A DNA stretch of 32,000 nucleotides from Crocosphaera subtropica ATCC 51142. GTDB lineage: Bacteria > Cyanobacteriota > Cyanobacteriia > Cyanobacteriales > Microcystaceae. The notes under the pieces were generated by a model that worked only from the letters and a program-made list of their open reading frames with translations, ran no database searches and was not told where the DNA came from. Position numbers and translations under genes: made by a program. The stretch spans positions 210,001 through 242,000 of the forward strand of contig NC_010546.1 in NCBI RefSeq assembly GCF_000017845.1. The letters run 5' to 3'. Below, piece after piece: positions 24,352 to 32,000 of this stretch (the first letter of the stretch is position 1; each line of letters opens with the position of its first letter).

Positions 24352-27102
24352 TTATGGTCTTATTCTAGGATTATTCACAATTTTACTTTCTCCATAAACT
24401 AATAATTTATCTAAAGTTACCAGTCTATTTTCCCAAACTTGAACTTGATAGGAATAAACCTGCTTATGATTACTCATCCAGTTAGGAAACTGTCGTTGAA
24501 ATTGTCTTAAGCTTTGTTGGGCTATTCTCAGGTTATTTGTCGATGGTCCTGCTGCTAATTGTTCTAAGGCTTTTTCTAGTTGTTTTCCTTGATTGTCAAT
24601 TTTTTTGAGGCTATTTTTATCTATCTTTAACTGTTCCTTATTAGCTAAAAAATCCCATTCTTGTTGTAAAGCTTGATAACGGGCTAAGGCCGTTTGAAAA
24701 GGTTGACGATAGGGTAGGGGTTGGGGATTATTTGGTGTCTGGATACGACTTAATAAACGTTGTAAAGACGGTGTTAAGTTTTCTGCTGCGAAAAGAGAAA
24801 ATCCGCTAATGGGCATATTGCGAACAAATTGTAATTGGTCGATGGTCACAGGATCAGGAACCTTCAATAAACGTAGTCCAGGAATGACTAAGGCCGATCC
24901 AGGTAAACTATCATCAAAAGCAAATTTGATCCGTTCTTCTAAATTACCTGTATCGAGGGCATAGGTCATTAAAACAATCATATCTACCCATTCTTGTTCC
25001 ATCCATTCTTCCCAATTTTGTTGGAGACGAAATAGGCGATCCCGTCGTTCAATGGGAAACACAGAAGCAGAAATAATTAACTCAGGATTAATCTGTTTTA
25101 AATGAGTTGAAGCGGTGGCGACAAAACTATCAATTTGGCGAATCCGAAACCCTGTCCATTGATTCCATAAAGGATGACCTGGTGTAATTTCTACGGGATC
25201 AACTCCCGTCATTTCTTTAAATAAATAGCGAGAGGATTTACTATAACCAAAGGTTTGATTATTTTGGGGTTGTTGAAAGGGATAACGAATGTAATCAAAT
25301 TGAATCCCATCTACGTCATAATTCCGAGCAATTTCATCTAATAAAGAGAGTAAATATTTCTGAACTCTAGGGTTAGCTGGATCAAGAAAAGCTTTTTTAA
25401 ATTGCGGTCCTTTGTCAAAATAGTTGCCATCTTGATCGGTTATTCCCCAGTCAGGGTGACGAGAAAGCACCGGGCCTAAATAGTCTTTCGGTTGTTCTAA
25501 AACTTCGTTATGGCCTTGGTTAGCAGCAGCAAATAACCAAACCCAAGCATGAAGTTCCATGTTTCGTTCGTGGGCTAATTTTACCGCAGCTTTGAGAGGG
25601 TCCCATCCTTTGGTTAAGGGGTTTTGTTCTGGGGCAACTCGACTCGGATAAATGGGGTAGCTGGCGTTAATGGTTTCCATAAATACTGTATTAATACCCG
25701 CTTCGGCCATGCGATCAAATAGTACCGCTAACTCCGCTTCTGATCGAGTTTTAACGATAGTGCCTCGATCTAACCACATGGCTCGGACTTCTGCTTGCGC
25801 CAAAGAAGTATTAGTCGGATAATGATCCCAAAGATTACGACGGGCTTTTAACCACAGTTGTCGCGCTTGATCGTATTGTCTTTGATTTAGTAATCGTTGA
25901 AAATTTTGGAGACTCAGTTTGGCCTGGTTTACGGCTTCTTGAGACTGATGTAAGGTTACATAGGGATTATCCGAAATCCCTTGATTATAGGCTTGGGCTG
26001 CTAAAAGAGTGCTTTCAAAACGAACAATGAGCTTAGATAACTCTTCGGTCATGGTTTGGGCTTGTTGAGGAGAAATAACTGCCACAGAATTGCGATCAAG
26101 CCCATAATTAAAGCCTTGAGAACGGCGATCTCGAAGAGATCCGCTTTGCAGTGCGCTTACTAGAGTAGGGGATGAAGATGGAACATAAGAATCAGGAGAT
26201 AACTCTATTTCAATAGAAGGGTCTGGACCTGTTTCGATTTGAGGTTCTTGGGATTGGGGAATATAAATAGGCGGTAAGATGGGGAATGGTTGTTGAGGAG
26301 GATTAACATCCACTAAATTGCAGGGAGGAATGTCTACACTATTTTCTGCCACTAATTGATTACCTTCGTTAATACCGTAGCGATTTAAGACAGTTTTTAA
26401 CCAAGTGACATCAAAGGCGGCCGATGTCACTCCACTGACTCCCCAACGCCACCCTAAGAAAATAGTTCGATCATGAACAATCACCGCAGGGGGCTTATTT
26501 TCTGTTAACCAAACAGCAAGGGGTTGGGCTGTAATAGCACTGGGAATCACCACTCCCCCGATTAAGGTATCACTGAGACTATCTGGATTCACTAGAGGAA
26601 GTTGACTGGTTTGTTCAACTTTAATGGTAGAGGGATTAGAATTAGAAAAGCCCCAATAAGCTCCAAATAAAGCTCGCAATTGGTCTTTGACTGCTGATTC
26701 TGATAAATTTCCTGTCGGTCCGCTAACAATAAGATTTCCCCCCCCTGTCACCCAAGTTTCTAGGGCTTGTGCTTGTTGCCCGGTAATGGTTGCGACATTG
26801 GGCAGAAATAGGGTACGAACGTTTCTCAGGTCTTCTGCTGTTTTCCAGTTTTCTGCTTCGATCAAACAAAATTGAATGTTTGTGGCCAGGAGACGATTGC
26901 GAATGGATGTCCATTGATTTTCGTTCTCTGGGCTTTTAACCACCCCCACTTTCCCTAGAAGCGCATGAGATGGCGTGATCAAGAAACCCGAAGCAATTAA
27001 GGACAAGAGCAATTTCAATAGGGGTTTTGAGGAAAAAATTAGGGCTTTTTTGCCCGACGCTTTAGTTTTGTTCCACTGGATTTTCCTCAACACAACACAC
27101 AC
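24352..27102 (-). CDS. Secreted multidomain protein with a glycoside-hydrolase-like GHL10 (DUF187, YngK-like) TIM-barrel domain
   Basis: Signal-like 'LLKLLLSLIASGFLITPSHA'. The central region shows 'GINTVFMETINASYPIYPS', 'ELHAWVW' and 'DGIQFDYIRYP'. There is a Pro-rich linker and a Gln-rich C-terminus. The start is GTG and no ATG lies nearby. Confidence 0.75.
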   Translation of the reverse strand: MCVVLRKIQWNKTKASGKKALIFSSKPLLKLLLSLIASGFLITPSHALLGKVGVVKSPENENQWTSIRNRLLATNIQFCLIEAENWKTAEDLRNVRTLFLPNVATITGQQAQALETWVTGGGNLIVSGPTGNLSESAVKDQLRALFGAYWGFSNSNPSTIKVEQTSQLPLVNPDSLSDTLIGGVVIPSAITAQPLAVWLTENKPPAVIVHDRTIFLGWRWGVSGVTSAAFDVTWLKTVLNRYGINEGNQLVAENSVDIPPCNLVDVNPPQQPFPILPPIYIPQSQEPQIETGPDPSIEIELSPDSYVPSSSPTLVSALQSGSLRDRRSQGFNYGLDRNSVAVISPQQAQTMTEELSKLIVRFESTLLAAQAYNQGISDNPYVTLHQSQEAVNQAKLSLQNFQRLLNQRQYDQARQLWLKARRNLWDHYPTNTSLAQAEVRAMWLDRGTIVKTRSEAELAVLFDRMAEAGINTVFMETINASYPIYPSRVAPEQNPLTKGWDPLKAAVKLAHERNMELHAWVWLFAAANQGHNEVLEQPKDYLGPVLSRHPDWGITDQDGNYFDKGPQFKKAFLDPANPRVQKYLLSLLDEIARNYDVDGIQFDYIRYPFQQPQNNQTFGYSKSSRYLFKEMTGVDPVEITPGHPLWNQWTGFRIRQIDSFVATASTHLKQINPELIISASVFPIERRDRLFRLQQNWEEWMEQEWVDMIVLMTYALDTGNLEERIKFAFDDSLPGSALVIPGLRLLKVPDPVTIDQLQFVRNMPISGFSLFAAENLTPSLQRLLSRIQTPNNPQPLPYRQPFQTALARYQALQQEWDFLANKEQLKIDKNSLKKIDNQGKQLEKALEQLAAGPSTNNLRIAQQSLRQFQRQFPNWMSNHKQVYSYQVQVWENRLVTLDKLLVYGESKIVNNPRIRP

Positions 27103-27244
27103 TCCTCATTGCTTAAGTTGTCAGGATTTCTAAAATCTTGACTATTCTACCTTGAACTATTCCAATTCAGCAGCTAGATCAGTCAAACTCCCTAAGATTA
27201 GTCAATCATCCATAGTTATGGCTTGATGACTTAAATCACCACAA

Positions 27245-28174
27245 TCAATCCCTACTTTCTTTGTTATAGGCAACCCCTAAAGCTGTAGGTGGGGACGCTT
27301 TACCCCCTAAACCTAATAAAGCCAATAAAGCTACAAGATAGGGTAACATATTCAAAAATTGATAAGGAATATTAAGATTAAAGGTTTGTATTCTCAACTG
27401 CAAAGCTTCTGTTGCACCGAATAAAAAACAGGCTCCCATAATTCCTAGGGGATGCCACCGACCAAAAATCACCGCAGCTAAGGCAATATAGCCTTTTCCT
27501 GCCACAATTCCTTCAGCAAAATATTGAATATGAACCAGGGCTAAATAAGCTCCTCCTAGTCCACATAATATCCCTGATAACAGGACACAACCATAACGAA
27601 TCCAGTCAACTGAAATTCCTGCGGTTTCTGCTGCTAGGGGATATTGTCCTACGGCTCTCACGGATAAACCAAAATTAGTATAAAATAATAGATAACTACT
27701 AGCAATTATCAATAAAATTAAGAGAAGTATAAATAGGTTTTCAGGGAATAAAAACCATTGTAATTTTGATCTATTTAAAACCTCAAAAAATGAGAAATTA
27801 GGCAAAGTGTTTATATTGCCTCTAGAAAAAATAATACGACTTAAAAAGGCAGTTAATCCAGTCACAGATAAGTTAATACCCAAGGCTGAAACAATTTGGT
27901 TGATTTTTAACGTGACGGAAAAGTAAGCGTGTAATAATCCCACCAATCCCCCTGTTATGGTTCCTATAATCAGTCCTAACCAAGCATTATTACTAATAAA
28001 TGCTACCGAAGCACTGACGAAAGCTCCTGTTAATAACATCCCTTCTAGGGCAATATTTAACACCCCAGATCGTTCTGACCACATTCCTCCTAAGGCTGCA
28101 AATCCTAAAGGAATCGATAAACGAATGGCTGCAGTTAAATAATCGCTAAAAAAACTAATTTGCGTTTCATTCAT
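27245..28174 (-). CDS. ABC transporter permease (BPD_transp_2 family, sugar/nucleoside BMP-type)
   Basis: 'RSGVLNIALEGMLLTGAF' plus a polytopic TM pattern. No ATPase or binding-protein gene is adjacent. Confidence 0.85.
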   Translation of the reverse strand: MNETQISFFSDYLTAAIRLSIPLGFAALGGMWSERSGVLNIALEGMLLTGAFVSASVAFISNNAWLGLIIGTITGGLVGLLHAYFSVTLKINQIVSALGINLSVTGLTAFLSRIIFSRGNINTLPNFSFFEVLNRSKLQWFLFPENLFILLLILLIIASSYLLFYTNFGLSVRAVGQYPLAAETAGISVDWIRYGCVLLSGILCGLGGAYLALVHIQYFAEGIVAGKGYIALAAVIFGRWHPLGIMGACFLFGATEALQLRIQTFNLNIPYQFLNMLPYLVALLALLGLGGKASPPTALGVAYNKESRD

Positions 28175-28329
28175 TAATCAATTTGTAATTGTAAATAACA
28201 TAATTGTTAAAGATCATAAGACATCCGTTAAATTTAAGAATAGAAAGATTGAGACTATCAACCAATAATTATGTCTTAATCTAATCACTACCTAAAGATA
28301 ATGAATGGCACAGCTTTCTAATAATTGAA

Positions 28330-28407
28330 AATAACTGTATCTCTTACCAGTTACCTTTCTTTTATGTCCTGACTTATTGTTATAATCAGAATAACTGAAA
28401 CTCTTAC
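28330..28407 (+). repeat. Two copies of an 18-nt box (AATAACTG-N3-CTCTTAC) spaced exactly 60 nt apart in the dps/permease divergent control region
   Basis: 28330-28347 and 28390-28407 match at 16 of 18 positions. Confidence 0.6.
28378..28386 (+). promoter_or_regulatory. Extended -10 promoter element (TGtTATAAT) for dps
   Basis: An exact TGnTATAAT ends 36 nt before the dps ATG. An AAGGA SD lies at 28408-28412. Confidence 0.45.
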
Positions 28408-28422
28408 TAAGGACAAATTTTT

Positions 28423-28965
28423 ATGGCTACTGCACAAGTTACGAACAGTCCTAACGCCTCATCAAAAGCCCGTTTTTATCCTACTCGTATCGACTTATCT
28501 GCTGATATTCGTCAACAAGTTGTTAGTATTCTCTCTCCGACTTTAGCCACTACTTTAGACTTAAAAACCCAAGCGAAGCAAGCCCATTGGAATGTTAAAG
28601 GACTCAATTTTTATCAACTCCATGAACTATTTGACATTCTTGCAGGGGAATTAGAGGGATATGTGGACATGGTAGCAGAAAGAATCACCGCTTTAGGGGG
28701 GACTGCTATGGGAACCGCTAGAATTGCTGCGAATGAGTCTATCATTCCTGAATATTCCTTTGATGCTGTCGAAGGTATTGAGCATATTCGCGCTTTAGCA
28801 GAACGCTATGCTGCTTATGGGACGCACCTCCGTGAAGCGATTGATAAAACTGAAGAATTGGGGGATGCAGATACTGCAGATTTATATACCGAGATTTCCC
28901 GTGAAGTTGATAAGCGGTTATGGTTCTTAGAGGCTCATCTTATTAAAAAAAGTGAACTGCATTAA
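28423..28965 (+). CDS. dps: Dps-family DNA-binding ferritin-like protein
   Basis: 'LDLKTQAKQAHWNVKGLNFYQLHELFD' and 'VDMVAERITALGG' are Dps ferroxidase-site motifs. Confidence 0.93.
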   Translation: MATAQVTNSPNASSKARFYPTRIDLSADIRQQVVSILSPTLATTLDLKTQAKQAHWNVKGLNFYQLHELFDILAGELEGYVDMVAERITALGGTAMGTARIAANESIIPEYSFDAVEGIEHIRALAERYAAYGTHLREAIDKTEELGDADTADLYTEISREVDKRLWFLEAHLIKKSELH

Positions 28966-28986
28966 ACTACCATTAAGATAATAAAT

Positions 28987-29023
28987 AATAGGCAATAAGA
29001 TAGGATTCTTGCTATTGCCTATT
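28987..29023. terminator. Bidirectional terminator between the convergent dps and mscS genes
   Basis: Perfect 10-bp arms aataggcaat/attgcctatt around a 17-nt loop, followed by GTTTCTT on the plus strand. The left flank is A/T-rich. Confidence 0.6.
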
Positions 29024-29049
29024 GTTTCTTCCTGTAATCCCCTTAGTGA

Positions 29050-29931
29050 TTAACTAACAACCGAGGTGTTACGAATGGCATAATGTTGTTCGGGAACAGC
29101 ATAACCCGCATCAGCCAAAGTTTCACGAATGACTTTATTAGTATCAAAATAAACTTGCCAATAATGTTCGTTACTACAGTAGGGACGAACCGCTAAAACA
29201 GGTCCTGCAAGATTAAATTCTAAAATCTCGACATCGGGACTGGGTTCAGCTATAACGTTAGGAATTTGATTTAATCGTTGTTGTAATAGATTAATGGCTT
29301 CTGCATGATTAACACCATGATTGAGTTGCGCTACTAGATCAACCCGTCGGTAAGGATTAGCAGAAAAGTTCTGGATATTATCAGAAAAAATCTTATTATT
29401 GCCGACAATGGTTCTGACATTATCTAGGGTGTTAATGGTGCAAACAAAGAGGCCAATTTCTTCAACGGTTCCGGTGATTCCTCCCGCACAAATGAAGTCT
29501 CCTACGCCAAACGGACGGAAAATCACCAAGAAAACCCCGGCCGCAAAGTTAGCTAATAGTCCACCCCAAGCTGCACCAATGGCAATCCCTGCAGCAGCTA
29601 ATAAGGCAGCAAAGGAGGTGGTTTCGATGCCAAAGTAGCCTAAAATAGCAACAATTAAGACAATTTTTAGGGAAACTCCCAAAAAGTTAGCTAAGTAAGC
29701 AATTAAAGTAGGTTCAATACTTTGTCGCTTGAGGACACGAGACATGATACGAACCCCTTTGTTAATTAACCATTGACCCACAATCCATAGGGCGATGGCA
29801 CCTAAGAATTTTAAGCCAAAATTGGTAATTTGTTCTTTAAGGGTTTGGACAAAAACGTTGACCTGTTCTACCTGTACCTCATCAATGGGGATTTCTACAG
29901 GCAGTTCAACAGGTGCTTGCAATAGATACAT
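29050..29931 (-). CDS. Small-conductance mechanosensitive channel (MscS family)
   Basis: Three TM helices, then 'FRPFGVGDFICAGGITGTVEEIGLFVCTINTLDNVRTIVGNNKIFSDNIQNFS', the MscS beta-domain signature. Confidence 0.9.
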   Translation of the reverse strand: MYLLQAPVELPVEIPIDEVQVEQVNVFVQTLKEQITNFGLKFLGAIALWIVGQWLINKGVRIMSRVLKRQSIEPTLIAYLANFLGVSLKIVLIVAILGYFGIETTSFAALLAAAGIAIGAAWGGLLANFAAGVFLVIFRPFGVGDFICAGGITGTVEEIGLFVCTINTLDNVRTIVGNNKIFSDNIQNFSANPYRRVDLVAQLNHGVNHAEAINLLQQRLNQIPNVIAEPSPDVEILEFNLAGPVLAVRPYCSNEHYWQVYFDTNKVIRETLADAGYAVPEQHYAIRNTSVVS

Positions 29932-30155
29932 GAGTGCAATCTCCTCACACTGTTATTACATTCTTTAAGATATATGAGGGATTAATTTAGGTTCCACCCT
30001 TTTCATAATTTGTTATGAAATAGTCTTTTGTTCCCCACACTCAGAGATATAGCAACTGAATATCCTAATTTTGGCTACAGCATTACCCAAGTCATCATAT
30101 TGCACTCATGTTTGTAAGTTCCTTTGGACTTTAAGGTAATGAGTTAACGGCATAT

Positions 30156-31787
30156 TCAAGACATGGATTTGACTGGTTTTTTCATAGTTGATTTTAACAG
30201 TAAACCGTATTCAATGCCCTCTACCACTGCTTGATAGGAGGCTTCTAAAATATTAGGAGAAACCCCTACAGTAGTCCAACGAGTTTGACCATTACTCGAC
30301 TCGATTAAAACACGAGTATTAGCAGAAGTTCCTGCACCTCCATCTAAGATTCTGACCTTATAATCCGTGAGATGAAATTGAGCAATTTCGGGGTAAAAAT
30401 TCACTAAAGCTTTGCGTAACGCACTATCTAAAGCAGAAACCGGTCCATTTCCCTCGGCTACCTCTAATCTATCTTCTCCATTAACCGTTACTTTAATGGT
30501 GGCTAGGGCATTACTATAGGGCATTCCCTCACCATAGAGCATATCGCAATGCACTTGAAATCCTTGCAGTTGAAAGAAGCTTTTTGTTTGTCCTAAGGCT
30601 TGACGCATTAACAGTTCAAAACTGGCTTCTGCTGCCTCAAATTGATAGCCTTCGTGTTCTAATTCTTTGATTCTTGCTAAAATTTGACGACAAGCAGCAT
30701 CTTCTTTATTTAACTCAATGCCAAAGCTTTTCGCCTTCGATAAAACATTACTTAAACCGGCCATTTCTGAGATTACAATGCGCCTTTGATTACCAATATT
30801 TTCCGGTTTAATATGTTCATAGGTTAAAGGATTTTTCTGCACCGCAGACACATGAATGCCTCCCTTATGGGCAAAAGCCGAACGGCCGACAAAGGGTGCA
30901 TGGTCATCGGGGGCTAAATTAACCATTTCGCTAATTAAACGGCTGGTTTTGGTGAGTTCAGTTAACTGGGTGTCTTCTAGACAGCGATAGCCCATTTTTA
31001 ACTGCAAATTAGGAATTAAGGTGCAGAGGTTAGCATTACCGCAGCGTTCCCCGTAACCGTTAATAGTTCCCTGTACCATTCTCACCCCTTCTACCACTCC
31101 TGCTAACCCATTGGCCACGGCAGTTCCAGAATCGTTATGAGTATGAATTCCTAGTTGGGGACTGTCCTCATCAGGTTTAATCTCTAAGGCGGTGATGACA
31201 TCTCGAACAATGCGACTGACATCATGGGGTAGGGTTCCCCCGTTGGTATCGCATAATACTAACCATTCTGCCCCTGCTGCTTTGGCAGTTTTCAGGGTTT
31301 CTAGGGCATAGTCTGGGTTATTGACATAGCCATCAAACCAATGTTCGGCATCATAAATAACACGCCTTCCCTGAGTGCGGAGATATTCAATGGTATCGGC
31401 GATCATCTCTAAATTCTCGTCTAGGGTGGTTTTTAGCCCCTCTGTGACGTGAAGATCCCAAGATTTACCAAAAATGGTCACCCATCGTGTTCCTGCAGCT
31501 AAAATGGCTTTTAAAAGGGGGTCTTCGGCCGCTCTTTTGTGGGGACGACGAGTCGAACAGAAAGCGACAACTTCCGCTTGGGTCAGAGGTTCTTCTTGTA
31601 ATTTCCAGAAAAACTGCACATCCTTGGGGTTAGCCCCTGGCCAGCCCCCCTCAATAAAGGGAATCCCCATTTTATCCAATTGACGGGCAATTTTGAGCTT
31701 ATCTTCTAAAGATAAGGAAATTCCTTCCCGTTGCGCCCCATCTCTGAGGGTAGTATCGTAGAGCCAAATTTGGTTAGCAGTCCCCAT
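30156..31787 (-). CDS. cimA: (R)-citramalate synthase (LeuA-related, long form with a C-terminal regulatory domain)
   Basis: 'LYDTTLRDGAQREGISLSLEDKLKIARQLDKMGIPFIEGGWPGANPKD' and 'HTHNDSGTAVAN', in a 543-aa CimA-type architecture. Distinguishing it from LeuA needs a search. Confidence 0.8.
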   Translation of the reverse strand: MGTANQIWLYDTTLRDGAQREGISLSLEDKLKIARQLDKMGIPFIEGGWPGANPKDVQFFWKLQEEPLTQAEVVAFCSTRRPHKRAAEDPLLKAILAAGTRWVTIFGKSWDLHVTEGLKTTLDENLEMIADTIEYLRTQGRRVIYDAEHWFDGYVNNPDYALETLKTAKAAGAEWLVLCDTNGGTLPHDVSRIVRDVITALEIKPDEDSPQLGIHTHNDSGTAVANGLAGVVEGVRMVQGTINGYGERCGNANLCTLIPNLQLKMGYRCLEDTQLTELTKTSRLISEMVNLAPDDHAPFVGRSAFAHKGGIHVSAVQKNPLTYEHIKPENIGNQRRIVISEMAGLSNVLSKAKSFGIELNKEDAACRQILARIKELEHEGYQFEAAEASFELLMRQALGQTKSFFQLQGFQVHCDMLYGEGMPYSNALATIKVTVNGEDRLEVAEGNGPVSALDSALRKALVNFYPEIAQFHLTDYKVRILDGGAGTSANTRVLIESSNGQTRWTTVGVSPNILEASYQAVVEGIEYGLLLKSTMKKPVKSMS

Positions 31788-32000
31788 AGAATTACTTTGC
31801 TTGGTTGAAATCGTTGAAAGGGTGTGTTGTCCTATTTTTAGATTACCTGATCATCGACAATTATTTCAGTTACTTTTAACGATTATGATTACTTAGGGAA
31901 GAAAATCAAGCAACTAATAATACATAACTTAATTTTGGCACAAGAATAAAAACGATAAAATAGAAATAGGTAAATTTCCTAAAAAAATTAATATTTTGCC

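Noticed and set aside
27245-28174. Lone ABC permease as a possible remnant of a decayed transporter operon
   Set aside because: The ORF is intact and full length. To my knowledge, ABC components are often dispersed in cyanobacterial genomes, so isolation alone is not evidence of decay.
30003-30020. 7-bp AT-only hairpin ttcataa/ttatgaa followed by a T-rich stretch on the plus strand, in the cimA-mscS spacer (possible orphan terminator or sRNA 3' end)
   Set aside because: The stem is all A/T and short, no plus-strand gene or promoter lies upstream of it, and it is not positioned as the cimA terminator. This is insufficient support.
21450-31683. Short internal ORFs 21450-21662+, 26687-26875+, 26723-26914-, 27957-28142+, 29399-29638+, 31474-31683+ (also 10947-11189+)
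   Set aside because: Each lies wholly within a confidently called longer gene on the other strand or in another frame, and none has motifs or start signals.

Overview
AT-rich chromosomal segment from a cyanobacterium. The HIP1 octamer GCGATCGC occurs at least 11 times, RpoZ and NusG are of the cyanobacterial type, and a homogentisate phytyltransferase is present. By eye the proteins look like those of unicellular Crocosphaera/Cyanothece-type genomes. Most of the window is core housekeeping. A long minus-strand block reads argH, rpoZ, two cyanobacteria-specific ORFs, tRNA-Pro(GGG), secE, nusG, rplK, rplA, rplJ, rplL. The remaining genes are a truncated response-regulator-like gene, a cysteine-free rhodanese, an SDR, a GAF-PP2C phosphatase, an EamA transporter, a TIGR03643/DCC pair, murD, hpt, two GT4 glycosyltransferases, a GHL10 (DUF187) exoprotein, an ABC permease, dps, mscS and cimA. 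I found no transposase, integrase, CRISPR array, restriction/toxin gene or recognisable defence module, so I cannot point to a clear multi-gene novel system. The most unusual loci are two repeat-built proteins. (1) A 1322-aa leaderless Calx-beta protein contains six head-to-tail, almost nucleotide-identical 351-nt units, three lectin-like modules and a C-terminal end of the type I secretion kind. (2) A membrane-anchored Gln-rich coiled-coil protein has a hyper-acidic tail containing a 78-nt in-frame tandem repeat. Smaller observations concern a terminator-like attenuator directly upstream of rplJ, a duplicated SD-like box between rplK and rplA, and a 60-nt-spaced direct repeat around an extended -10 promoter of dps. 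All functional calls rest on reading motifs by eye; no database search was run.
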